Assembly (NCBI GenBank): GCA_965227775.1
Contig: OZ245777.1
Location: 1,024,001 to 1,088,000 of the forward strand
From: Phycisphaerales bacterium
GTDB lineage: Bacteria; Planctomycetota; Phycisphaerae; Phycisphaerales; UBA1924
Direction of reading: 5' to 3'
DNA length: 64,000 nucleotides
Shown here: positions 26,492 through 34,856 of the stretch, in pieces
Layout: every line of letters begins with the position of its first letter
Position numbering within the stretch: the first letter of the stretch is position 1
Notes under the pieces: model-generated
Told to the model about the DNA's origin: nothing
Databases searched by the model: none
What the model saw: only the letters and a program-made list of their open reading frames with translations
Made by a program: the position numbers and the translations under genes

Positions 26492-27352
26492 CTAGCGGGC
26501 GATGGGCTGGCGGTCGAGGCTCGGCGTGACCACCTGCGGCAGTTCGCGGCCGGCGGCGCACTCGCCCGGGCTCTTGCACACCACGACGGGATGATCGGGC
26601 AGATCGAAGCAGGCGCAGCCCTCGACACCGAAGACGGTGCGCAGGGTTGGCGTCGTCAGCACGTCGCGGCCGGAGCCATCGGCCGCGACACCGCCATCAT
26701 GGAGCGCCAGAATGCGCGGGAAGTGGCGCAGCGCGAGGCCGAGCTCGTGGATGACGCAGACAACGGTGACGCCCGTTTCGGTGTTGAGCTGGCGAAGCAG
26801 GTCGAGCAGTGAGAGCTGGTGCTCGATGTCCAGGCCGGTGAGCGGCTCGTCGAGCATGAGGTAGGCCGGCTCTTGGGCAAGCGTCGTGGCGAGGCGCACG
26901 CGCTGGCGTTCGCCGCCAGAGAGCGCTTCCATGCGGCGATCCGAAAGGTGCGCCACGCCGCAACGTTGCATGGCGCGGTCGATGGCGTAGTCGTGGGTTG
27001 CCTGATCGCCCGACCGGAAGAGCGATGCGAGGGCGCTCGCGTGCGCGTGGCGGCCCATGGCCACGTGCTCGCGCACCGTCGTGAGTTGCGGGAGGTCGGC
27101 GGATTGGGCGAGCAAGCCGCGGCGGCGCGCGAGCGTGCGTTTGGTGTAGCGATGCAGGGGCTTGGCATCGAGCGTGATGCTGCCGGCGGCGGGGCGGAGC
27201 AGGCCCGCGAGGGCGCGCAGCAGCGTGGACTTGCCCGAGCCGTTTGGGCCCACGATGGCGACCATCTCGCCCGGCTCGATCGTGAGATCGACGCCCGTGA
27301 GCACGCGGCGTGGCGGCAGGTCGACCGCGAGATTGCGCGCTTGGAGGGTCAT
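26492..27352 (-). CDS. Iron-complex/heme ABC transporter ATP-binding protein (FecE/FhuC family)
   Basis: GPNGSGKS, LSGGERQR, LDEPLTGLDIEHQ; ATG overlaps the permease stop. Confidence 0.92.
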   Translation of the reverse strand: MTLQARNLAVDLPPRRVLTGVDLTIEPGEMVAIVGPNGSGKSTLLRALAGLLRPAAGSITLDAKPLHRYTKRTLARRRGLLAQSADLPQLTTVREHVAMGRHAHASALASLFRSGDQATHDYAIDRAMQRCGVAHLSDRRMEALSGGERQRVRLATTLAQEPAYLMLDEPLTGLDIEHQLSLLDLLRQLNTETGVTVVCVIHELGLALRHFPRILALHDGGVAADGSGRDVLTTPTLRTVFGVEGCACFDLPDHPVVVCKSPGECAAGRELPQVVTPSLDRQPIAR

Positions 27353-28398
27353 CGCAGCCACCCGGACTTGTAGAGCAAGAAGATGAAGTAGGGCCCGCCG
27401 ACGAGTCCGGTCACGACGCCCACCGGCAGCTCGCTGGGCGCGAGGACGGTGCGCGCGGCGAGGTCGGCCCAGAGCAGCAAAGCGCCGCCCGCGAAGGCGC
27501 TGACGGGCACGATGAAGCGGTTGGTGCCCATCGCCAGGCGAACGAGGTGCGGCACGACCAGGCCGACGAAGCCGACGAGGCCCGCGACGCTGGCGGCCGA
27601 GCCGGCGAGCAGCGCAGCGGCGGCAAACGCGAGCAGGCGCGTACGTTCGACGGAAATGCCCATCGTGCTGGCGGTGTCGTCGCCGAGCTCCAGCATGCGG
27701 ACGCGTGAGCGCAGGATGAACGCGAGGGTGAGGCCGACGACCGAGTAGGGCAGCACCATCCACACGTGGCTCCAGCCGCGGCCGTTGAACGAGCCTGCGG
27801 TCCAGAACATGACGGCGGGGATCCGGTCGGCGTACGCCGTGATAAGCACGCCGATGACGGCACCGAGGATGGCGTTGACGGCGACGCCCGCGAGCACCAT
27901 GCGGACGGGGCTTGTGCCACCCTTGCCGGCGCCGCCGGGGGTCCAGCTCACGGCGTAGACGAAGACGGCCGACGCCATCGCGCCAAGGAACGCGGCGAGC
28001 GGGAGCGCGTGGGCCGCGCTCGGAAATGCGGCAAGCACGATGGTCGCGCTCACGCCTGCACCCGCGGTGACACCGATGATGCCGGGATCGGCGAGCGGGT
28101 TGCGCGTGACGCCCTGGAGCAGCACGCCCGCGACGGCGAGGTTGGCGCCGGCGAGCAGCGCTACGAGTGCGCGCGGCAGGCGGGCGCTCATGATGATGCG
28201 TTCGCTCGTGCCCTCGCCCGCGCCCGTGAGCGTCGCGAATACCTCGGCCAGCGGGATGCGGACGGCGCCGAGCGCGAGCGACAGCGCCAGGCCCGTGAGG
28301 AGCACGAGAACGACGGCGCCGGGTGTTGCATAGCGACGCCACGCGGGGCGCGTAGCGGGGGCGACGGCAGCGGGTTGGCTGGCCGCCAGGGTGGTCAT
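27349..28398 (-). CDS. FecCD-family ABC permease
   Basis: RLPRALVA, RNPLADPGIIG, GFVGLVVPH and ELPVGVVTGLVGGPYF motifs. Confidence 0.93.
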   Translation of the reverse strand: MTTLAASQPAAVAPATRPAWRRYATPGAVVLVLLTGLALSLALGAVRIPLAEVFATLTGAGEGTSERIIMSARLPRALVALLAGANLAVAGVLLQGVTRNPLADPGIIGVTAGAGVSATIVLAAFPSAAHALPLAAFLGAMASAVFVYAVSWTPGGAGKGGTSPVRMVLAGVAVNAILGAVIGVLITAYADRIPAVMFWTAGSFNGRGWSHVWMVLPYSVVGLTLAFILRSRVRMLELGDDTASTMGISVERTRLLAFAAAALLAGSAASVAGLVGFVGLVVPHLVRLAMGTNRFIVPVSAFAGGALLLWADLAARTVLAPSELPVGVVTGLVGGPYFIFLLYKSGWLR

Positions 28399-29345
28399 TG
28401 CGTGGGGCGCGCTCCGTTGATCGCGTCGCGCACGTTTCGCAGCGCTTTGGTGGCCTCCGAGCCCGAACGCATCGCGTAGAGGTCATCGGCCAGCATCGCG
28501 ATGTGGTCGCCCTTGACGGCCGAGAGCTGGCTCCACAGCGGGTCGCGGTCGAGCATCGCGCGGGCAGCCTGCTCGGGGCCGTGGAATACGACGAGCAGCA
28601 CGTCGGGGTCCTTCTGGACGACGGCCTCCATACTCAGGGGTGCCAGGCCGCGGAAGACGGCGTGCTCGGGCATGTCGCTGGTAACCAGTTCGCCGCCGGC
28701 GTGCGAGACGAGGTTGCCAAGGTAGCTGTCGGGCAGAAAGGCGTAGAAGGCCTGGGGCGTGCCAAAGACGGCAAGCACGCTCACGGGCTCGCTCTGGGCG
28801 CCCGACTCGATCGCCTCGAGCGTGCCGTCGAAGCTCTCGACCCACTGGTCGGCGAGATTGGGCTTGCCCACGAGCTCACCGATGGTGCGGGTGTGGGTGC
28901 GGATGTCTTCGAGCGTGTCGGCGTCCATGGTGATGACGCGTGCGTCGGTCGTGGCTTCGATCTGCGGCACGAACTGCGTGTACACGGCGCTCATGATGAC
29001 CACATCGGGGTCGGCGGCGATGAGCTGCTCTATGTTCGGGCCGGTCGAGTGGTCGAGGGCGCCCATCTCGATGCCTTGCCATGCTTCGGGCTGTCCGCCG
29101 CGAAGGGCGGGCACGAGCACGGGCATGACGCCGAGCTCGATGAGCTGGTCGACGGCGAATGGCAGTAGGGCGGCAACGCGTGGCGCTTCGGTTGCCTCCT
29201 CGTCGCTGCTGGGAGCGAGCCACGTCGTTGTCTTGGAGGCCTCTGTCGGCGTGGTCTCGGGCGCGGGGGCTTGCTGCTCGCACGCCGGCAAAAGGGCCAG
29301 GGAGAGGGCGGCACAACACGCGACAAGGGCGGCTCGGATGGACAT
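28395..29345 (-). CDS. Iron-complex/heme-binding lipoprotein (Peripla_BP_2, IsdE-like)
   Basis: Lipobox LPAC; PNIEQLIAADPD, DSYLGNLVSHAGG, VFHGP and WSQLSAVK motifs. Confidence 0.88.
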   Translation of the reverse strand: MSIRAALVACCAALSLALLPACEQQAPAPETTPTEASKTTTWLAPSSDEEATEAPRVAALLPFAVDQLIELGVMPVLVPALRGGQPEAWQGIEMGALDHSTGPNIEQLIAADPDVVIMSAVYTQFVPQIEATTDARVITMDADTLEDIRTHTRTIGELVGKPNLADQWVESFDGTLEAIESGAQSEPVSVLAVFGTPQAFYAFLPDSYLGNLVSHAGGELVTSDMPEHAVFRGLAPLSMEAVVQKDPDVLLVVFHGPEQAARAMLDRDPLWSQLSAVKGDHIAMLADDLYAMRSGSEATKALRNVRDAINGARPTQ

Positions 29346-29395
29346 AAGCGGATCGGCTCCTGGATTCCTTGGATCTGGGAACCGATGGTATCGTG

Positions 29396-29412
29396 TTGAG
29401 ACGCAGTCTCAA
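29396..29412. promoter_or_regulatory. Perfect palindrome, probable Fur-family metal-responsive operator
   Basis: TTGAGAC-GCA-GTCTCAA between the divergent iron ABC operon and the prepilin gene. Confidence 0.75.
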
Positions 29413-29520
29413 TAGCCGGCGGGCCGTCGGCCCGGGAAACCGGTATGCAACATAAGGCCTGGCAGGGCGTAGTACGGTGTGGGGGACCGGTACCAGCAAC
29501 GGGATGACGAAGGGGGCCTG

Positions 29521-30516
29521 ATGGCTTCGGGCAGGAACGTCTCTCTCCAGACGCGGGGCTTCACGCTCATCGAGCTCCTGGTGGTGATCTCCATCATCGG
29601 TGTGCTTATGGGCATTCTCATCCCCGCGCTCGCAGGGGCCCGGCTGACCGCGCGTTCGACGGTGGGGGTGGCCAATCTGCGGAGCCTCTCGCAGCTCGTG
29701 ATGCTGTATGAGCACGAGCAGCGGTTCTTCCCGATGCCCTTCGATCCCGAAACCGACGCCCGAGCGCGGCGCGTGCCGGGATCGGACTGGAGCGATGCGC
29801 TCCACCCGTCGCTCGATCGCCCGATCTGGGACTTTGAGGTTCCGTCGGCCCCGCAGTGGAGCACCGAGTTCTTCGGCGTGTACTGGTACTCGTGGCTGAG
29901 CGACTGGAACGACCAGGGTGGGCGCGACACCGAGGTGCAGTTCTCGCCGGCCGACCGGCTCGCGCTCGACCAGCTCGCGCAGTACCGCTCGCTTCAGGAC
30001 AGCCGGGACGGGCTCTACCTGTATCCGTCGAGCTACTACATGAGCCCGACAATGTGGAGCGCGCCCAGCCGTTTCGGGGCGGGGGCTCGGGCGGCGATGG
30101 GGCCGGGCACCCTGGCGCCGATCTCGGTCGCGAGCATTGCGCAGCCGAGCGACAAGGTGCTGCTGTGGGAGCGGGCGGACTTCGCGAAGAACAACCGTGT
30201 GGCGATCAACGGCGGGAGCGCGTCGCGGCAGAAGATGGCGCCGAGCTGGTGCAACACCGAGGCGCGCCCGCACGTGGCAACCGGCGATGGCAGCGTGCGT
30301 CAGGCGGACATGCGCAAGATCGGTGAGGCCGCTGCGGAGAACGACGAGTTCCTGCCCGGCGGGCGCATCCAGCCGAGCGATCTGATGCCGCTGTACCCGA
30401 GCCGTGTGCCGTCGGGGCTCGATGCCATCGGTGGTGTTGCTACGACGGACGGCGAGCACCCGCTGTACTTCTGGGCTACGAACGGAGGGATTCGGGGGGT
30501 TGATCTTCCGAAGTAG
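29521..30516 (+). CDS. Prepilin-type N-methylation protein (DUF1559-like)
   Basis: [48 protein letters not shown]. Confidence 0.9.
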   Translation: MASGRNVSLQTRGFTLIELLVVISIIGVLMGILIPALAGARLTARSTVGVANLRSLSQLVMLYEHEQRFFPMPFDPETDARARRVPGSDWSDALHPSLDRPIWDFEVPSAPQWSTEFFGVYWYSWLSDWNDQGGRDTEVQFSPADRLALDQLAQYRSLQDSRDGLYLYPSSYYMSPTMWSAPSRFGAGARAAMGPGTLAPISVASIAQPSDKVLLWERADFAKNNRVAINGGSASRQKMAPSWCNTEARPHVATGDGSVRQADMRKIGEAAAENDEFLPGGRIQPSDLMPLYPSRVPSGLDAIGGVATTDGEHPLYFWATNGGIRGVDLPK

Positions 30517-31327
30517 GCTTGGGCGTGTGCACTTCGGCGAGCACGCGACTGACGCAACGCCGGGCCACTCGCAGCCGCTTCGCGTGCACGACGACCAGCA
30601 TCGCGAGGCCCAAGAGCACGAGCAGCACGCTCGCTTGGATGAGCACGCCGATCGAGACCGCGACCATCGCGAAGACGAGGATCGAGCCGTATCCGAGCAC
30701 GAGCTCGAACGATGTCCACGATGGATTCACGCCGCACCGCTTGATGATCGACGACGTGTGCTCGAAGAGGCAGAACGCCAGCACGCCCGCGCTGGCGACC
30801 GAGATCGGGATCGCGATGAGCAGCAAGAAGCCCGCGATGCCGCCGGTTGCCAGCGCGAGCACGATCGCGATTCCCGTTGGCCCGACGCACCACCAGTATG
30901 CCTTGGCAACGCTCTTGCGCGTGGGTTGATCGAGGGTGGCTCGCGCGAATCGGTGCTTCCTCACGATCGTGCCCGAGATCACGAGCCCGGCAGCGCATCC
31001 GAGCAGAATGAGGACCGCTCCGAGCACGAATAGCAGCTCGACAGGTACTCGATGAGAGTTCGGGTAGAGCAAAACCGTGATCGTGTAGGTTGCGGCAATG
31101 AGTGCGAGGCCCGAAAGAAGCACGACTTCGCTCACGAACAGGCTTCGGAGCTGGGAGCTCGTCGATCGGATGAACCGAGGGTGCGCCTCGCGCAACGCAT
31201 CGGTGGGGAAGGTCGTCGGGGCTTGGTATCCGCACTCTGGGCACGGCACGCCCCAGGCCAGACCGGCGAGGTCGTACTTGCAGCTCGCGCAGGCGATTCC
31301 TTGCGGGATGTGTTCGCCTTCGGGCAT
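30476..31327 (-). CDS. Multi-TM membrane protein with N-terminal zinc ribbon
   Basis: CASCKYDLAGL...CPECG followed by about six hydrophobic segments. Confidence 0.78.
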   Translation of the reverse strand: MPEGEHIPQGIACASCKYDLAGLAWGVPCPECGYQAPTTFPTDALREAHPRFIRSTSSQLRSLFVSEVVLLSGLALIAATYTITVLLYPNSHRVPVELLFVLGAVLILLGCAAGLVISGTIVRKHRFARATLDQPTRKSVAKAYWWCVGPTGIAIVLALATGGIAGFLLLIAIPISVASAGVLAFCLFEHTSSIIKRCGVNPSWTSFELVLGYGSILVFAMVAVSIGVLIQASVLLVLLGLAMLVVVHAKRLRVARRCVSRVLAEVHTPKPTSEDQPPESLRS

Positions 31328-31427
31328 CGCCCAGTGTACGTCTGCGTGATTTTCGGTCCTGCGAATGGTCGTTTGTGGTGCGGCGGTTTCCGATATAATG
31401 GAGGCGTACGGAGTGCCGGAGGGCCCA

Positions 31428-31946
31428 ATGGGCAAGCGTGAGTTCGAGGACAGCTTCGCGGGAGTTGGTCGCAAGATCGACGATGCGCTCAATGCCGGCG
31501 GTGAGGCCCGGCGGCGGCTGCACAACCGAATGGCCACCGGCGGGCTCTTCGAGCGCTTCCAGCGACAGAGCGATGGGCCGGGCATGCGAGAGCGGCTGGG
31601 TGAACGCGTCTCCGCGTGGCGCGAGGACATGCAGGGCGGCACGATGAGCCCGAGGCTGGTCGTCGGCGCGTTCGGTGCCGGCGCCGGGCTGGTGCTCGTG
31701 GTCGGGCTGGTGCTCGTATTCGGGTTTGGCATGTTCCGGGGCACGGGCCTGACGTCGGCGGACCTTGAGCGCGATGCGCAGCTGCGAGCGGCGGCCGAGC
31801 GGGCGCAGGCGGAGCGCGAGGGCACGCTGAACCCCGCGGCCATGGTGCAACAGCAGGGGCGGGACCGCGCGATGGCCGCCGAGGCCGATTCGGCGCAGTC
31901 CGCCTCGCGGGAATCCGCCATGCGCGGCCAGCGCCCGGGCGGGTAG
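31428..31946 (+). CDS. Hypothetical single-TM protein (start may be 31398)
   Basis: One hydrophobic segment and a coiled-coil-like tail; TATAAT at 31394. Confidence 0.6.
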   Translation: MGKREFEDSFAGVGRKIDDALNAGGEARRRLHNRMATGGLFERFQRQSDGPGMRERLGERVSAWREDMQGGTMSPRLVVGAFGAGAGLVLVVGLVLVFGFGMFRGTGLTSADLERDAQLRAAAERAQAEREGTLNPAAMVQQQGRDRAMAAEADSAQSASRESAMRGQRPGG

Positions 31947-31973
31947 CCCGAACGGCCGTCGTACAATGCTGCG

Positions 31974-33368
31974 TTGAGTGACGAATCCACGAACGACGGC
32001 AGTGCGCGTGAAGAGGATCGTGCCGAGCGATTGGCGCGGTTGCTCAAGCGTGCGCGCTCGCTGCCTGTGGTGCCGGGCGTGTACCTGATGAAGGACGCGA
32101 AGGACGTGGTGGTGTACGTCGGCAAGGCGCGCAAGCTGCCCGATCGTGTGGCGAGTTACTTCGTGCCCAGCGCTGACCTGGGGCCGGCCAAGGCCCCGAT
32201 GCTCGATGTCGTGCAGGACTTCGAGTTCATCGAGTGCGAGACCGAGTTCGAGGCGCTGCTCACCGAGAATCGGCTCATCAAGGACATCCGCCCGCGGTTC
32301 AACGTCCGGCTGACCGATGACAAGACGTTTCCGTACCTGGTCATCACCCAGCGCGAGGACTTCCCTCGTGTATTTGTGACGCGTAACCCCGCGGGTGTGC
32401 GGCCTGACGGTACCACGCCCGAGTACATGAAGGGGGCGAAGGTATTCGGGCCGTTCGTCAACGCAGGTGCGCTTCGCGAGGCGGTGCAGGTGGCCCAGCG
32501 GGTATTCAAGTTCCGCGATTGCAAGCTGGACATCGTGGATGGTGATCCGAAGAACAAGTACTTCAGGCCTTGCCTGCTCTACAGCATTGGCCAGTGCACC
32601 GCCCCATGTGCGGACAAGGTGACGCTGACCGCATACGGCGAGCAGGTTGATCGCTTCGTGCGATTTATGGGCAGCAAGCGCAGCAAGATGCTCATCGAGC
32701 TGCGGCGGGAGATGGAGGAGGCGAGCAAGGCGCTCGAGTTTGAGCGGGCGGCCGAGCTGCGCGACCAGATCGCGGCGATCGAGAAGCTGGAGGAACGCTC
32801 GAGCAAGCGCGACGGCTGGCAGCCCGAGACCGAGATCGGCTACGTCGAGCCCGAGAAGGGGATGCGCAGCCTGCAGAAGACTCTGGGGCTCGACGAGCCG
32901 CCGCGTGTGGTCGAGGGTTTCGATATCGCGCACCTGGGTGGCAACGAGACGGTGGCCAGCAAGGTCTGCTTCGTGGACGGGCGGCCTTTCAAGAGCGAGT
33001 ACCGGCGGTTCAAGATCAAGGGCACGGGCAACGACGACTATGCGTCGATCCGTGAGGTGATCTCGCGTCGATACCGCGAGGCGGGCGCGGGGCATGAGCT
33101 GTATCCGGATGTCATCCTGATCGACGGTGGGCTGGGTCAGCTGCATGCCGCGATGGAAGCGCTGCGCGAGATGGACGTGCCGGCGCCGATGGTGATCTCG
33201 CTGGCCAAGAAGGAAGAGCTCATCCACGTGCAGGAGCGTGAGGCGCCGATCCGGCTGGGGCGGGAAAATTTCGGATTACGCTTGTGCCAGCAGGTGCGCG
33301 ACGAGGCCCACCGGTTTGCGCGGCACTATCACCACATCTTGCGGCGCAAGAAGGTCGTCGGGGAATAG
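31974..33368 (+). CDS. uvrC: Excinuclease ABC subunit C (short form without C-terminal HhH)
   Basis: GIY-YIG (PGVYLM...YVGKA), Cys cluster, UVR domain (LEFERAAELRD), GFDIAH, LIDGG and RDEAHRFA. Confidence 0.93.
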   Translation: MSDESTNDGSAREEDRAERLARLLKRARSLPVVPGVYLMKDAKDVVVYVGKARKLPDRVASYFVPSADLGPAKAPMLDVVQDFEFIECETEFEALLTENRLIKDIRPRFNVRLTDDKTFPYLVITQREDFPRVFVTRNPAGVRPDGTTPEYMKGAKVFGPFVNAGALREAVQVAQRVFKFRDCKLDIVDGDPKNKYFRPCLLYSIGQCTAPCADKVTLTAYGEQVDRFVRFMGSKRSKMLIELRREMEEASKALEFERAAELRDQIAAIEKLEERSSKRDGWQPETEIGYVEPEKGMRSLQKTLGLDEPPRVVEGFDIAHLGGNETVASKVCFVDGRPFKSEYRRFKIKGTGNDDYASIREVISRRYREAGAGHELYPDVILIDGGLGQLHAAMEALREMDVPAPMVISLAKKEELIHVQEREAPIRLGRENFGLRLCQQVRDEAHRFARHYHHILRRKKVVGE

Positions 33369-33397
33369 GCTGTCGGTCGATGGCTGGAGGGATTGCG

Positions 33398-34330
33398 ATG
33401 GGCAACGATACATCGGTATGGCCTGAGGTCTCGTATGGCTCGTGGGCGGAGACCGCCAAGGCGATGCACCTGTATACGCAGGTGGTCGGCAAGGTTCGGC
33501 TCGAACTGACGCCCTGGACGAACCACTCGTGGCACGTGCCGCTCTACGTCGATGCGCGCGGGCTGACGACGTCGATCATCTCCAAGGGTACGAGCGCGTT
33601 CGAGATGCGCTTCGACTTTGTTGAACATGTTCTGGTGATCGAGGCGGTTGAGGGCGGTTCGCGGCGTATCGACCTTGGCCCGGGAACGGTCGCGCGCTTC
33701 TATCGCTCCGTCATGGATGCGCTCGATGGAACGGGCCTCGGTGTCGAGATCCATACGACGCCCAGCGAGATCGCAGACGCGACGCCTTTCGAACTCGATA
33801 CTGAAGACCGCCCGTACGACGCGGACGCGGTCGAGCGGTTCTGGCGGACACTCGTGCAGATGGATCGCGTCTTCAAGCGTTTTCGCGCGGGGTTCATCGG
33901 CAAGTGCAGCCCGGTGCACTTCTTCTGGGGTAGCTTCGATCTCGCGGTCACACGATTCTCGGGGCGGACGGCGCCGCCGCACCCCGGGGGCGTGCCGAAC
34001 TTTCCCGACTGGGTCGCGCGCGAGGCTTACTCGCACGAGGTCAGCAGTGCCGGGTTCTGGCCGGGCAACGACGACGCGGACGCGCTCTTTTACTCCTACG
34101 CGTATCCGAAGCCGGATGGATTCGAGAAGGCTGCCGTGCAGCCCGATGCGGCGACGTGGTTCGATGAGCTCGGCGAGTTCGTGTTGCCCTACGCCGCGGT
34201 TCGAGAGTCAGCCGACCCGGATGCTGCACTCATGGCGTTCCTTGAGAGCACGTACGTTGCGGCGGCCGACCTTGCCAAGTGGGATCGTGACGGGCTCGAA
34301 CGCACGCTGCCCGACGATGCACGAGGCTGA
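33398..34330 (+). CDS. DUF5996-like hypothetical protein
   Basis: QVVGKVRL..TPW.NHSWHV, SPVHFFWGSFDLAVTRFSGR and EAYSHEVSSAGFWPG motifs. Confidence 0.8.
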   Translation: MGNDTSVWPEVSYGSWAETAKAMHLYTQVVGKVRLELTPWTNHSWHVPLYVDARGLTTSIISKGTSAFEMRFDFVEHVLVIEAVEGGSRRIDLGPGTVARFYRSVMDALDGTGLGVEIHTTPSEIADATPFELDTEDRPYDADAVERFWRTLVQMDRVFKRFRAGFIGKCSPVHFFWGSFDLAVTRFSGRTAPPHPGGVPNFPDWVAREAYSHEVSSAGFWPGNDDADALFYSYAYPKPDGFEKAAVQPDAATWFDELGEFVLPYAAVRESADPDAALMAFLESTYVAAADLAKWDRDGLERTLPDDARG

Positions 34331-34352
34331 AGGCAGCTTCTGGGGAGAACAC

Positions 34353-34841
34353 ATGGATCAACCACGCGAAGTGCGGATCGTGCGGGCAGATGAGAAACTC
34401 GGCGAGGGCCACGCCGGCGGCACACGCGCGGGGATTGCCGTGAGTTCTGGGATGACCGGTGGCTCGCACGGCGTCATCGTCGGCGATACGCCCGTTGGAG
34501 GCGGTCCACCGTTCCATGTGCATCACACGTTCGATGAGACCTTCTTCGTGCTCGAGGGAGCATTCCGCTTCTTCACAAGTGACGCAACCATCGATGCGGG
34601 TGCGGGCGACGTGCTCTTCGTGCCTGGCGAGGTGGCGCACGGGTTCCGGTGCACGGCTGCGGGCGAGCGCGGCGTCGGTCGGACGGCGATCGTGGTCACG
34701 CCCGGCAGGTTCATGGGCTTCTTCGAGGCGATGGAGAGCCTCGCGAAGAGCGGAAAGCTCACGCACGATGCGTTGAGTGAGCTTGGCGAGCACTGGGGCG
34801 TTGCGTTTCTCGATGCGCCCGCATCGATGAAGCACGACTGA
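34353..34841 (+). CDS. Cupin-domain protein
   Basis: GPPFHVHHTFDETFFVLEG...GDVLFVPGEVAHGF. Confidence 0.88.
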   Translation: MDQPREVRIVRADEKLGEGHAGGTRAGIAVSSGMTGGSHGVIVGDTPVGGGPPFHVHHTFDETFFVLEGAFRFFTSDATIDAGAGDVLFVPGEVAHGFRCTAAGERGVGRTAIVVTPGRFMGFFEAMESLAKSGKLTHDALSELGEHWGVAFLDAPASMKHD

Positions 34842-34856
34842 CGGAGCGCGTTCTGC

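Noticed and set aside
21972..28486. Long N-terminal extensions in tracked ORFs (terminase to 22268, ATPase to 23507, FecE to 28486)
   Set aside because: These are out-of-frame readings of upstream genes. RBSs and stop/start overlaps define the shorter starts.
29346..29520. Cobalamin riboswitch ahead of the FecCD/BtuCD-like operon
   Set aside because: I could not identify a B12 box or other conserved riboswitch core. The DNA palindrome points to repressor control.
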